Shown: one piece after another, positions 17,025 to 25,445 of the stretch
Numbering within the stretch: position 1 is the first letter of the stretch
How the letters are laid out: the number at the start of each line of letters is the position of its first letter
Source: an uncultured Mycoplasmatota bacterium
Lineage (GTDB): Bacteria; Bacillota_I; Bacilli_A; RF39; UBA660
NCBI GenBank assembly: GCA_948466395.1
Contig: CAOKAG010000004.1
Location: 9,078 to 41,077, forward strand
Reading direction: 5' to 3'
DNA length: 32,000 bases
Program-made: the position numbers and the translations under genes
Notes under the pieces: generated by a model
The model's input: only the letters and a program-made list of their open reading frames with translations
The model's database searches: none
What the model was told of the DNA's origin: nothing

Positions 17025-17799
17025 CATTGCTTATAGCATTTTTTTCAATTCGAGACACTTGAGCTTGACTAATGTGTAGAGCTTCTGCAATTTCCATTTG
17101 TGTTTTCCCAATAATAAAACGTTCCATTAAAACATTTCTTTCTCGTTCTTTAATCTTATTTAAAGCTCTTCTTAATGAAATCAACATATCCTTATCTTGA
17201 TTCGAATCTTTCTTATCAGCAATTTGATCCATCAAATAAATCGTATCTCCCCCATCATTATAAATGGGTTCAAAAATACTTTTCGGTTCTTTTAACGAAT
17301 CTAAGGCATAATTAATTTGATATTCCGAAATAGACAACGTTTTAGCAATCTCTTCATTCGTAGGATAATTCCCATGATTTTTTAAATACTCCTCTTTAAA
17401 CTTCAAAATTTGATACGCCAAATCTTTTATGCTTCGACTTACCCGTATAGATGTATTGTCTCGAATGTATCTTTTAATCTCTCCAATAATAAGAGGTACG
17501 GCATAAGTCGATAACTTTAAATTGTAAGACAAATCAAAATTATCAATAGCTTTTATAAGCCCTATCACTCCAATTTGAAACAAATCATCTAAATTATGTT
17601 TATCTTTATTAAATCGTTTTAATATACTTAAAACTAATTTTAGATTTGCTTCAATTAATTTATCTTTAGCTTTTAAATCCCCACTTTGATACTGTTTAAA
17701 TAATTCATTCATTTCACTTTGCTTTAAAACAATAATTTCACTTGTGTTAATACCAGTAATATCTACGCTCTTTTTATTCAAAATATACAGTCCTTTCAC
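17005..17799 (-). CDS. sigG: Sporulation sigma factor SigG (sigma-70 group 3)
   Basis: Close by-eye match to B. subtilis SigG: DLFQIGVIGLIKAIDNFD, STYAVPLIIGEIKRYIRDN, FEPIYNDGGDTIYLMDQIAD, GKTQMEIAEALHISQAQVSRIEKNAI. The start is either the tracked GTG at 17799 or the TTG at 17781, which gives MNKKSVDITGINTSE with AAAGGA 9 nt upstream. Confidence 0.85.
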   Translation of the reverse strand: MKGLYILNKKSVDITGINTSEIIVLKQSEMNELFKQYQSGDLKAKDKLIEANLKLVLSILKRFNKDKHNLDDLFQIGVIGLIKAIDNFDLSYNLKLSTYAVPLIIGEIKRYIRDNTSIRVSRSIKDLAYQILKFKEEYLKNHGNYPTNEEIAKTLSISEYQINYALDSLKEPKSIFEPIYNDGGDTIYLMDQIADKKDSNQDKDMLISLRRALNKIKERERNVLMERFIIGKTQMEIAEALHISQAQVSRIEKNAISNVKRLIK

Positions 17800-17878
17800 T
17801 ACTGTTTTGTCATAAAAAGAATTTTTTTATTCATTTTTATGTTAAAATAGATAAAAAAGATGAGAAAGTGTAAAAAAT

Positions 17879-18829
17879 ATGGAAAAAGTAAAAAGAAAAA
17901 AAGGATTTATTCTCTTAAATGATTTAAATAAAAATCCAAATTTTAAAATCATTCCTTGGAAAAATAATGAATTAATGAAAAAGGAATACGGTCACTCGAA
18001 CATCAAATACATTTTCTATTATGAAGGAGATCTCTATTTTTATAAAGCTTTAAAACTAGATCAATGCTATTATGAATTATTAGCAGAAGAGCTGGCAAAA
18101 GATTTTAATTTACCAACCGCTCATTATGATTTAGCTTACAGTAAAACTTATAAATCTGGTGTTTTAACAAAAAATTTCAAACAACCAAATTATACCTATT
18201 ATAAAGGCTACGCTATTTTAGAGGATTATTTAAGAAATTGTATTCATAAGAAGGATGAGAACTGCTCCATTTATGAGCTAGAAGAAGAAATGGAATCCTT
18301 TAATAGTTTAGAAGGAATTTGGGCCGTTTTTGAATACCGCTATCGAAACCGGTTAAATAAAGTAGAAATCGTTAATAAGCTTACGAATCAACTTGTCGAC
18401 ATCTTTATCTTTGATTTATTAATTGGGCAAACCGACCGTCATGAAGAAAATTGGGGAATAATGGAACGAGAGGAAGAAGTTTTCTTGCAACCAATATTTG
18501 ATAACGATGCCCTTTTAGAAAAGGATTTTATATTAACCCCTCATAGGAATACAGAAGTAGATTATTCACTTAAATTTGACGAAAGTTTAGAAAAAATAGT
18601 CACCGAGTTTATTACCGTTTCTGCTCCCGAATACATTGAAAAAATAAAAAATAAACTACCCTTAATTTCCGAAGATAATATTATAAAAATACTAAAAAAA
18701 ATAGAAACAAGAACGTTTTCTCCTCTACCTTTAAATATAAAGGAAAAAATTCTTACAAATTTTAAAACGATTAGAAAAATTATAAATACGTCTCTTATTA
18801 ATTATGAAGAAAATAAAAAAACAAGATAA
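17879..18829 (+). CDS. HipA_C-like (PI3/4-kinase-fold) protein kinase domain protein, short form
   Basis: Catalytic-loop-like LLIGQTDRHEENWGIM (compare the HipA GNTDDHxxN motif), followed by the Mg-binding-like PIFDNDALL. At 316 aa it lacks a HipA-type N-terminal domain. Confidence 0.6.
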   Translation: MEKVKRKKGFILLNDLNKNPNFKIIPWKNNELMKKEYGHSNIKYIFYYEGDLYFYKALKLDQCYYELLAEELAKDFNLPTAHYDLAYSKTYKSGVLTKNFKQPNYTYYKGYAILEDYLRNCIHKKDENCSIYELEEEMESFNSLEGIWAVFEYRYRNRLNKVEIVNKLTNQLVDIFIFDLLIGQTDRHEENWGIMEREEEVFLQPIFDNDALLEKDFILTPHRNTEVDYSLKFDESLEKIVTEFITVSAPEYIEKIKNKLPLISEDNIIKILKKIETRTFSPLPLNIKEKILTNFKTIRKIINTSLINYEENKKTR

Positions 18830-18855
18830 TTCCGCTCTTGTTTAAAATAAATAAC

Positions 18856-18888
18856 AAAAAAAGTTTACTTTAAAAATAAACTTTTTTA
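18856..18888. terminator. Bidirectional rho-independent terminator between convergent genes
   Basis: Stem AAAAAGTTTA / TAAACTTTTT with a 9-nt loop. It overlaps the TAA of the permease gene. Confidence 0.6.
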
Positions 18889-20202
18889 TTTGGTTTTCAA
18901 AGACTTAAAGATTTTCTTCCATAAATCTTGACTTGAATAATTTAAAATCCCTACTTTATAAATACGCAATCCAAAATGGAATAAAAGATACGTTACCGTT
19001 CCACAAATAACTGTAGAAAGAATAAGCTCTAATAAACTAATTTGACCGAGTAAAAAAATAACTGGAGCAATCAAAAATGAAAGCATGGGAACATAAGCCA
19101 TAATTTTCACAAATAAAGCACCATCAAAAGCAGAGGCCATAATGGCAATGTAATACCCCACAAGCAATACAATCATTAAAGGGGTTTGAAGTTGTTGATA
19201 ATCTTCAATATTTGTTGTCATAGAAGCCAAAACACCCGCAAGAATGGCGTAAGCAAGAAAACTAAACAAAAATAACAGAATAATAAAAGGTAGCCCTTGA
19301 ATAAGTAAATCTAAAACACCTGTATTTTTAACCGTTTCTAATGTTTCACTTATATAACTTGTAACATCAGCATTGGCGGACAAAATCGATGATCCTAATA
19401 ATTTTCGTACTAAAAATGCAAGAAGCACATCAAAAAATAAAACGAAAGCTTGCACTAAAACAAAAAGCGTTGATGAAATAATCTTTGAAGAAAAATGGAC
19501 TTTAGGAGAAACATTTGAAATAATAATTTCCATGCTTCGAGTTGACTTTTCATCGTTAATCTCTGCACCAATCATTTGAGTTAACATAGTAATAAGCAAA
19601 AAGAAAGGAACAATCAAAACGACAATCAACCCCGAAGAAACAATATCTTTTCCTTCGGCATTGGAATCTAATTCAGGATTAGTAACACTTTTATTGATAG
19701 AAACATTACTAGTAAGTGCTGTTATTTCCTGTTCACTCATCCCACTATTTTGTAACACATAAGAAGATTTTACATGATTCAAACTATTTTGAAATAACTG
19801 CTCAGTTAAAGTATCAATGGGATCAAAACTAATTACTTCCGCCACTAAATATTCCAAATCAGAAGGAACAATTTTTAAAATAATATCCTCTTTTTCTTTT
19901 ATTTCTTCTTTTAACTCCTCTACCGACTTAGTGGTTGAAACGAGTTCATAATGACCTAAATCCTTTAATGACTCTGCCAAGCCATTAAAATTCGCTTCGA
20001 ATATCGGATACGTATTCATCTCATCCATCACATAAACTTTAGTAACGTTTTGAAAGTCTCCTCCAAAAAAACTAATAATTCGATCAACATTAATGACTCC
20101 GATTAATAAAATCAAAATTAAAACATTAGCCACTTTAAACCATTTCGTATCAATTTTCTTTTTTAAACTTTGTTTAATCAAAAACTTTAATTTAGTTTTC
20201 AT
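18886..20202 (-). CDS. ABC-2 family permease, NatB-like
   Basis: TM1, then a large extracytoplasmic loop of about 170 aa, then about 5 TM helices. The ATG at 20202 has an AGGTGA RBS and overlaps the ATPase 3' end. Confidence 0.75.
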   Translation of the reverse strand: MKTKLKFLIKQSLKKKIDTKWFKVANVLILILLIGVINVDRIISFFGGDFQNVTKVYVMDEMNTYPIFEANFNGLAESLKDLGHYELVSTTKSVEELKEEIKEKEDIILKIVPSDLEYLVAEVISFDPIDTLTEQLFQNSLNHVKSSYVLQNSGMSEQEITALTSNVSINKSVTNPELDSNAEGKDIVSSGLIVVLIVPFFLLITMLTQMIGAEINDEKSTRSMEIIISNVSPKVHFSSKIISSTLFVLVQAFVLFFDVLLAFLVRKLLGSSILSANADVTSYISETLETVKNTGVLDLLIQGLPFIILLFLFSFLAYAILAGVLASMTTNIEDYQQLQTPLMIVLLVGYYIAIMASAFDGALFVKIMAYVPMLSFLIAPVIFLLGQISLLELILSTVICGTVTYLLFHFGLRIYKVGILNYSSQDLWKKIFKSLKTK

Positions 20203-21094
20203 ACGATTCACCTACTTTTTCTAAGAAAATTTCATTGAGTGTTGCATCCTCAACCGCAAATTTAGTGACATTTTTACACTTTTTAACATAATCAAAAACC
20301 TCTTGAATATTTTCATCACTTTCAATTTTGATAACCCATTCATTTTCATTTTGAACCACATCCAAAACCCCTTTAATTTTTTTCAAATCCTCTACTTCTT
20401 TAAAATCACAAACCACATGAATATTCTTTTTTCGATAATCTTTTTTTATTTGTTTTAATTCTCCAGATAAGACACTTTTTCCTTTTACCAAAACCACTAA
20501 CTTTTCACAAAACATTTCAACATGTTCCATACGATGAGAAGAAAAGATAATACTGGTTTTTTGTTTTTTTAATTTTCGAATAACATCCATAAACATCTGA
20601 ACATTAATAGGATCCAACCCTGAAAAAGGTTCATCCAAAATTAAAAGCTTAGGTTCATTAATAATCGCTGTAATAAACTGTACTTTTTGTTGATTTCCTT
20701 TCGACAATTCTTTAAGTTTACGTTCTTTGTAATCCGATATTTGAAAATACGCCAACCATTCATCTAATTTTTTTAGAATGGTTTCTTCTTTCATTCCTTT
20801 TAAAATACCATAATAAAGCACTTGTTCCTTAACCGTCAATTTGGTAAGCAAACTTCTTTCTTCGGTTAAAAAACCTAAACGATCCGTCATGGTATAATCT
20901 ATGGGTTTGCCATCCATCGTAATTGATCCACTACTTAATTCAAGAAGCCCATTAATCATCCGAAACGTCGTCGTTTTACCAGCACCATTAACACCAAGAA
21001 GACCGAAAATTTCTCCTTCATCTACCGTAAACGATAAATCATCCACCGCTTTATTTTTTCCATAATATTTTGTTACATGATCTACTTTTAGCAT
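20192..21094 (-). CDS. ABC transporter ATP-binding protein, NatA-like
   Basis: Walker A GVNGAGKTT, signature LSKGNQQK, Walker B LLILDEPFSGLD, H-loop SSHRMEH. The start is ATG 21094 or the tracked GTG 21106. Confidence 0.9.
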   Translation of the reverse strand: MLKVDHVTKYYGKNKAVDDLSFTVDEGEIFGLLGVNGAGKTTTFRMINGLLELSSGSITMDGKPIDYTMTDRLGFLTEERSLLTKLTVKEQVLYYGILKGMKEETILKKLDEWLAYFQISDYKERKLKELSKGNQQKVQFITAIINEPKLLILDEPFSGLDPINVQMFMDVIRKLKKQKTSIIFSSHRMEHVEMFCEKLVVLVKGKSVLSGELKQIKKDYRKKNIHVVCDFKEVEDLKKIKGVLDVVQNENEWVIKIESDENIQEVFDYVKKCKNVTKFAVEDATLNEIFLEKVGESYEN

Positions 21095-21159
21095 TGACCT
21101 ATCCACACTCCTTTTTTAATTATAACATTTATAATAAAGGAAATAAACCTTTCAATTAA

Positions 21160-21189
21160 ATTATACCCCCCCCCATTCTAAATTGTCAA
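21160..21189 (-). promoter_or_regulatory. Consensus sigma-A promoter with a G9 homopolymer in the spacer, upstream of the NatAB-like operon
   Basis: The minus strand reads TTGACA(21189-21184)-atttagaatGGGGGGGGG (18 nt)-TATAAT(21165-21160). The C9/G9 run occupies 21166-21174. Confidence 0.6.
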
Positions 21190-22395
21190 TTTATTTTTAG
21201 ATCTTTTCCTTAACTTTAAAATCAAAAGTAATAGAAGAATCAAAACAACAAGCAAAACCAAACCCATTTTATAATCAGTATAACGATAAGAAATGTTATC
21301 CTTTAAATAAATCTCTTGTGAGTATAGAAGCTGATCATGATAAAAAACATGAACGTTTCCTAAAAAATCATTTACTTTAATAGTTCGATTTAAAACATCT
21401 ACCCCTTCATAACGATAAGTTAAGACTGCTTCTTTATCTAAATAGATAGGAACCGTTTGTTCGACATAAATCGGATACTCTAAAATTTCTCCATCTTGAA
21501 CCGTTAAAGTAGCAACGGGTTCCTCAACTGGAAAAACATTCTGATAAGAGTAATGTTCATTAAAATAATTATAAATTTCTAAAGAATCAACAATATGATT
21601 AGGAAAACCATTTTGATAAGGTGAACGAGCAACAATCAATAAATAATGCACCCCTTGATATTCTGCAATACTTGAAAGACACAATCCAGCCTCTTTTGTA
21701 AAACCTGATTTAGAACCTAAAATATTTTTAACATCTAAAAAATATTTTTCAGAAGGACCGACTAAGGTGCTATAAAGGTCTAAATGATTCGTCGTTTCAT
21801 AATAACGCGTCGTATAAATTTCTTTAAACACCTCATTTTTAAGCGCATACAAAAGTAATTTCTGAACATCTTCTAAAGTAGAATAATGATCAATAGCATC
21901 ACGTCCAACTGGATTACTAAAATGCGTCGCAGTCATACCAATTTCTTCTTTTAAATCATTCATCATTTTCACAAAATGATCTATAGAGCCCGCTGTCAAA
22001 ATCGCCAAAGCTTGGGAAGCTTCAACACCACTTGGTAAAAGCGTTCCATAAAGTAAATCACGAATAGTCACTGTTTCATTTCTTTTAAAACCCGCCATGG
22101 CGTAACCACTTGTATTATAAAAAGCTTCATTAGGAAGTGTGACGCGTTTATCTAAATCCTCATGATTTAAAATGACAACCATTGACGTCATGACCTTAGT
22201 CAAACTAGCAATTGAAATTTGCTCATCACTTCCCTTTTGAATCACGGTCTTGCCCTCATCTAAATTGTAAAGAAGATAATGAGTTGCTTTAAAATTTAAA
22301 TGTTCAAAGTTCAAATACGCATAATCCGTTTCTTTTGCTTCAACTAGAGAAAAAAAGAAAAAGCACAACACAAGAAAAAAGTTTATTCTTTTCAT
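21178..22395 (-). CDS. Serine-type D-Ala-D-Ala carboxypeptidase (S11, PBP5/DacB-like) with signal peptide and C-terminal TM anchor
   Basis: SxxK motif SLTKVMT and KTG-like KSGFT. The SxN position reads SGV. C-terminal hydrophobic LVLLVVLILLLLLIL followed by KLRKRSK. AGAGG RBS. Confidence 0.85.
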   Translation of the reverse strand: MKRINFFLVLCFFFFSLVEAKETDYAYLNFEHLNFKATHYLLYNLDEGKTVIQKGSDEQISIASLTKVMTSMVVILNHEDLDKRVTLPNEAFYNTSGYAMAGFKRNETVTIRDLLYGTLLPSGVEASQALAILTAGSIDHFVKMMNDLKEEIGMTATHFSNPVGRDAIDHYSTLEDVQKLLLYALKNEVFKEIYTTRYYETTNHLDLYSTLVGPSEKYFLDVKNILGSKSGFTKEAGLCLSSIAEYQGVHYLLIVARSPYQNGFPNHIVDSLEIYNYFNEHYSYQNVFPVEEPVATLTVQDGEILEYPIYVEQTVPIYLDKEAVLTYRYEGVDVLNRTIKVNDFLGNVHVFYHDQLLYSQEIYLKDNISYRYTDYKMGLVLLVVLILLLLLILKLRKRSKNKLTI

Positions 22396-22413
22396 AGCCT
22401 AACCTCTAAAAAA

Positions 22414-22443
22414 ATTATAGCATATTTTAAAAAAACAAGTAAA
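22414..22443 (-). promoter_or_regulatory. Putative promoter of the S11 carboxypeptidase gene
   Basis: The minus strand reads TTTACT-N18-TATAAT, with a TGc extended -10. Confidence 0.4.
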
Positions 22444-22465
22444 AAAAAGAAATCCGAAGATTACT
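22441..22465 (-). terminator. Rho-independent terminator of the ytxH-like gene
   Basis: Stem AGTAATC / GATTTCT (one mismatch) with a TTCG tetraloop, followed by T8 on the minus strand. It overlaps the stop codon. Confidence 0.5.
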
Positions 22466-22859
22466 TATTTTCTAATTTTTCAATAGCCTGTTTTGTGACT
22501 TCAATCGCTTTTTCTCTTAAAGCATTCACAGCCTCTTCTAAAATAGGTTCACTTTTATCCTTTACATATCTTGCTAATTTTTTACAATCCGCTTCAATTT
22601 TTTTAGCTTTATTCTTTGCCGCCTTTAAAACCGTTTCTTTATCTAATGCTTTTAAATCGTTCTCTAATTTTTCTATTTTTTCTGAAACATATTTTTTTAC
22701 ATCTTTTACTTTAACGTTTTCCAACTTTTCTTTTAATTCTGCAATTTTATTTTTTAAATCTTGTCTTGTTTCCTTTCCACTTTTTGGAGCGAACAACACT
22801 CCTAATCCAGCACCAATTGCTGTTCCAGCAACTAACGTTGCAATTGTTTTTTTCTTCAT
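22461..22859 (-). CDS. YtxH-like general stress protein
   Basis: The N-terminal GTAIGAGLGVLFAPKSGKETRQDLK is the YtxH signature. The remainder is a K/E-rich coiled coil. Confidence 0.8.
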   Translation of the reverse strand: MKKKTIATLVAGTAIGAGLGVLFAPKSGKETRQDLKNKIAELKEKLENVKVKDVKKYVSEKIEKLENDLKALDKETVLKAAKNKAKKIEADCKKLARYVKDKSEPILEEAVNALREKAIEVTKQAIEKLENK

Positions 22860-22932
22860 ATTTCACCATCCCTATTATAAGTATAGTATTAAAAGGCAAA
22901 AAAAACAAACGAATTTATAAAACAATTGACAT

Positions 22933-23760
22933 TCATTTGTTTAAATCGTAATCATCTAAGAAAGAAACTTTTTGATCATTCACTCGATACCCTAAAATAC
23001 AATTCAAATTAACATTATCTAGACTTTTAAAAATATTATGATCAATATCATCACTTTTTTCTCTTAACAATTGAATGAAAGCCTTAATCTCTTTTCGTTT
23101 ACTATTCTTTTCTAAATCATTTTTTTCTGTAAACGAACAAGCACAATTTAAAAAGGCCAAGCGATTATAACTCACCCAATCTTTAATGGATTTTTCTTTA
23201 ATAAGATACATCGGACGAATAAGTTGTAAGCCTTTAAAATGGTCACTATAAAGTTTAGGCATCATAGTTTTCACTTCGGAGGCATAAAACATAGACATTA
23301 AAGTCGTTTCAATAACATCATCAAAATGATGGCCTAAAGCAATTTTATTGCACCCCAGTTCTTGTGCTTTATTATAGAGATGCCCTCTTCTCATTCTGGC
23401 ACACAAATAACAAGGGCTTTTTGGATTCAATTTGTTCGCCACCTCAAAAACATCGGTATCAAAAAATTCTAAATCAATATTTAATAATTGACTATTCTTT
23501 TTGATTAAATCAATATTTTTTTCACTATAACCCGGATTCATCAAAACAAATTTTAAATCAAAAAATACTTTTCCATGACGTTTCAATTCTTCTAAACACT
23601 TAGCCATTAAAAAAGAATCTTTACCTCCACTGATACAAACCATAATCTTATCGTGATTTTCTATTAATTGATAATCATTAATGGCTTTGACAAAAGGATG
23701 CCAAATTTCTTTTCGGAAACGTTTGATAATGCTTCTTTCAATGTTTTTATAGTCTTCCAT
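22933..23760 (-). CDS. ttcA: tRNA 2-thiocytidine biosynthesis protein TtcA-like PP-loop ATPase
   Basis: PP-loop CISGGKDS. Cys motifs PCYLCARMRRGHLY and LNCACSF. ALGHHFDD. The ATG at 23760 (MEDYKNIERS...) overlaps the upstream CDS by 14 nt; the tracked start at 23859 lies inside that CDS. Confidence 0.8.
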   Translation of the reverse strand: MEDYKNIERSIIKRFRKEIWHPFVKAINDYQLIENHDKIMVCISGGKDSFLMAKCLEELKRHGKVFFDLKFVLMNPGYSEKNIDLIKKNSQLLNIDLEFFDTDVFEVANKLNPKSPCYLCARMRRGHLYNKAQELGCNKIALGHHFDDVIETTLMSMFYASEVKTMMPKLYSDHFKGLQLIRPMYLIKEKSIKDWVSYNRLAFLNCACSFTEKNDLEKNSKRKEIKAFIQLLREKSDDIDHNIFKSLDNVNLNCILGYRVNDQKVSFLDDYDLNK

Positions 23761-24223
23761 TTGAATTCCTTTCATTATCGATAGTACGATTATAAAAAAT
23801 TTCTTCATAAAAACAAATCTTTTGCTGATAATCGTTTTCCTTTTTCTTAAAACGAGCAAAACCTTCTTCTGTTAGTCGATCCTCTTTTCGAAATAAAAGA
23901 AGCTGATAAAAATTTTGATGCATTCTATTTTCATGAATCAAACCTTCTTCTAAACACTTTACCATCATTTCTAAGTCTTCCTTAACAAAAGATTCTTGAC
24001 TGGCTTCTAAACGTTTAATCAATTCGACCATCGTCGCCATCATTTTCTGAATCTTTTTTTCTAAATCTTCTAATAAACAATAAGGCTCATCTAAAATAAT
24101 ATCAGTTAAAAGAAAAGGAAAACGCTTGACCATTTCAAAAATGGCTCTTTGCCTTTTCATTTCATAAACCGTTAAAAAAATCACTTTTTGCTTTAACGTA
24201 TCAAACCAATTCTCATAAATCAT
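23747..24223 (-). CDS. Hypothetical helical protein, about 158 aa; no family recognised
   Basis: Open frame packed between the PerM-like and TtcA-like genes. The TTG at 24232 abuts the PerM stop codon, and an ATG at 24223 lies 3 codons in. Confidence 0.5.
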   Translation of the reverse strand: MIYENWFDTLKQKVIFLTVYEMKRQRAIFEMVKRFPFLLTDIILDEPYCLLEDLEKKIQKMMATMVELIKRLEASQESFVKEDLEMMVKCLEEGLIHENRMHQNFYQLLLFRKEDRLTEEGFARFKKKENDYQQKICFYEEIFYNRTIDNERNSNGRL

Positions 24224-24232
24224 AATTCTCAA

Positions 24233-25348
24233 CTACAAACCTTTCTTCTTTAATTTTACATAAATGAATTCTCTAAACAAAGCATAAAGAATCGATGCCA
24301 GTGGAAGCCCAATAAGCATGCCCACAATTCCAAACAAACTTCCTCCTACACTTATAGCCAGTAAGGTCCACATAGGAGATAATCCTACTGATTTACCAAC
24401 CACTTTTGGATAAATAAAATTTCCTTCAATTTGTTGTACTACTTGGAAAACGATTATAAAAATAAGCGCATCTAAAGGATCAGATGTAAAAATTAAAATA
24501 GCGCCTATAACCATAGCAATTAAAGCACCAAAGATAGGAATTAATGCGGTTATAGCGGTTAAAACCGAGATAATTAAAGTATAAGGGAATTGGAAAAGTG
24601 ATAACGCCAAAAACATAAGAAGACCTAAAAGAGTGGCTTCTAAACATTGACCCGTAATAAATTTAGTAAAAGTTTTATTCACTTGTTGACCAATAGTCAA
24701 TATTTTTTCAGCTTGTTTTTTATTAAAAAGAGCTAAAATTACTTTTCTACATCCTTCACTTAAATATTCCTTGCAACTAAGCATATAAATTGCGAAAATA
24801 ATCGCTGTAAAAAAAGTAATAAATCCAGAAATTAAACTTCCTACAAAACCTGAAGCACTACTTAATAAATAATTTAAAACATTAGATAATAAATCTGTCA
24901 TCGTTCCACTATTAGAAAAAAACGTTTCTATTTCACTTTGCATATCAGGATATTGATTTAATAAATCTAAAATATAATTTTTCGTATTTTCGATTAAAGT
25001 GGGAAGATTATTTATAAGTACAGCAATATTTTCTATCAATTGAGGAAGAAGTAAAAAAGCAATTGAAAGCATAACAAAGATAAAAATAAGTAAAGAAATT
25101 GAAATAGAAAGAATTCTTAAACGCTCTTTTCTTATTTTGACTTTTTTAACAAGAAACGTTTCTATTTTATTAACTAAAATATTTAAAATAAAAGCGAGAA
25201 CCCCTCCTAAAATAAAAGGAAGAAAAACAAAATAAATTTTACTTAAAAAACGAAGAAGCACATCAAGATGATGCATTCCCCAAAAAGAAACCACAAAAAT
25301 TAAAATCAATAAAATAAGCTGTTTCATTCCTAAAACGTCTTTTTTCAT
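24233..25348 (-). CDS. AI-2E family transporter (PerM / UPF0118)
   Basis: About 8 TM helices and the characteristic C-terminal region QQIEGNFIYPKVVGKSVGLSPMWTLLAI. GGGGTGA RBS. Confidence 0.85.
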   Translation of the reverse strand: MKKDVLGMKQLILLILIFVVSFWGMHHLDVLLRFLSKIYFVFLPFILGGVLAFILNILVNKIETFLVKKVKIRKERLRILSISISLLIFIFVMLSIAFLLLPQLIENIAVLINNLPTLIENTKNYILDLLNQYPDMQSEIETFFSNSGTMTDLLSNVLNYLLSSASGFVGSLISGFITFFTAIIFAIYMLSCKEYLSEGCRKVILALFNKKQAEKILTIGQQVNKTFTKFITGQCLEATLLGLLMFLALSLFQFPYTLIISVLTAITALIPIFGALIAMVIGAILIFTSDPLDALIFIIVFQVVQQIEGNFIYPKVVGKSVGLSPMWTLLAISVGGSLFGIVGMLIGLPLASILYALFREFIYVKLKKKGL

Positions 25349-25445
25349 ACAATTTCACCCCTAAATCATAAATTGGCTTTATTTTATCTCAGTTTCTTTT
25401 TTTTGTCTATAAAAAAAAGCTCTTTTAAAAGCCTTTAATATCACT

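Noticed and set aside
17800-17878. SigF/SigG-type forespore promoter upstream of sigG
   Set aside because: I found only weak partial matches (GAATA ... CAAAACA) with uncertain spacing in an almost pure A/T region, which is not enough to call.
2971-19579. Other short antisense ORFs in the track (2971-3171, 5071-5316, 5783-6031, 8256-8609, 9762-10016, 14152-14340, 15994-16215, 19373-19579)
   Set aside because: Each lies wholly inside, and antisense to, a well-supported CDS or the 54-aa ORF. None has an RBS, and their composition is typical of open frames arising by chance on the antisense strand of real genes.
22495-22951. Two plus-strand ORFs (141 aa and 61 aa) overlapping the ytxH-like gene and its upstream region
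   Set aside because: They are antisense shadows of a K/E-rich coiled-coil gene. Their products are low-complexity (S/F/L-rich), they lack an RBS, and the minus-strand gene has a clear YtxH signature.
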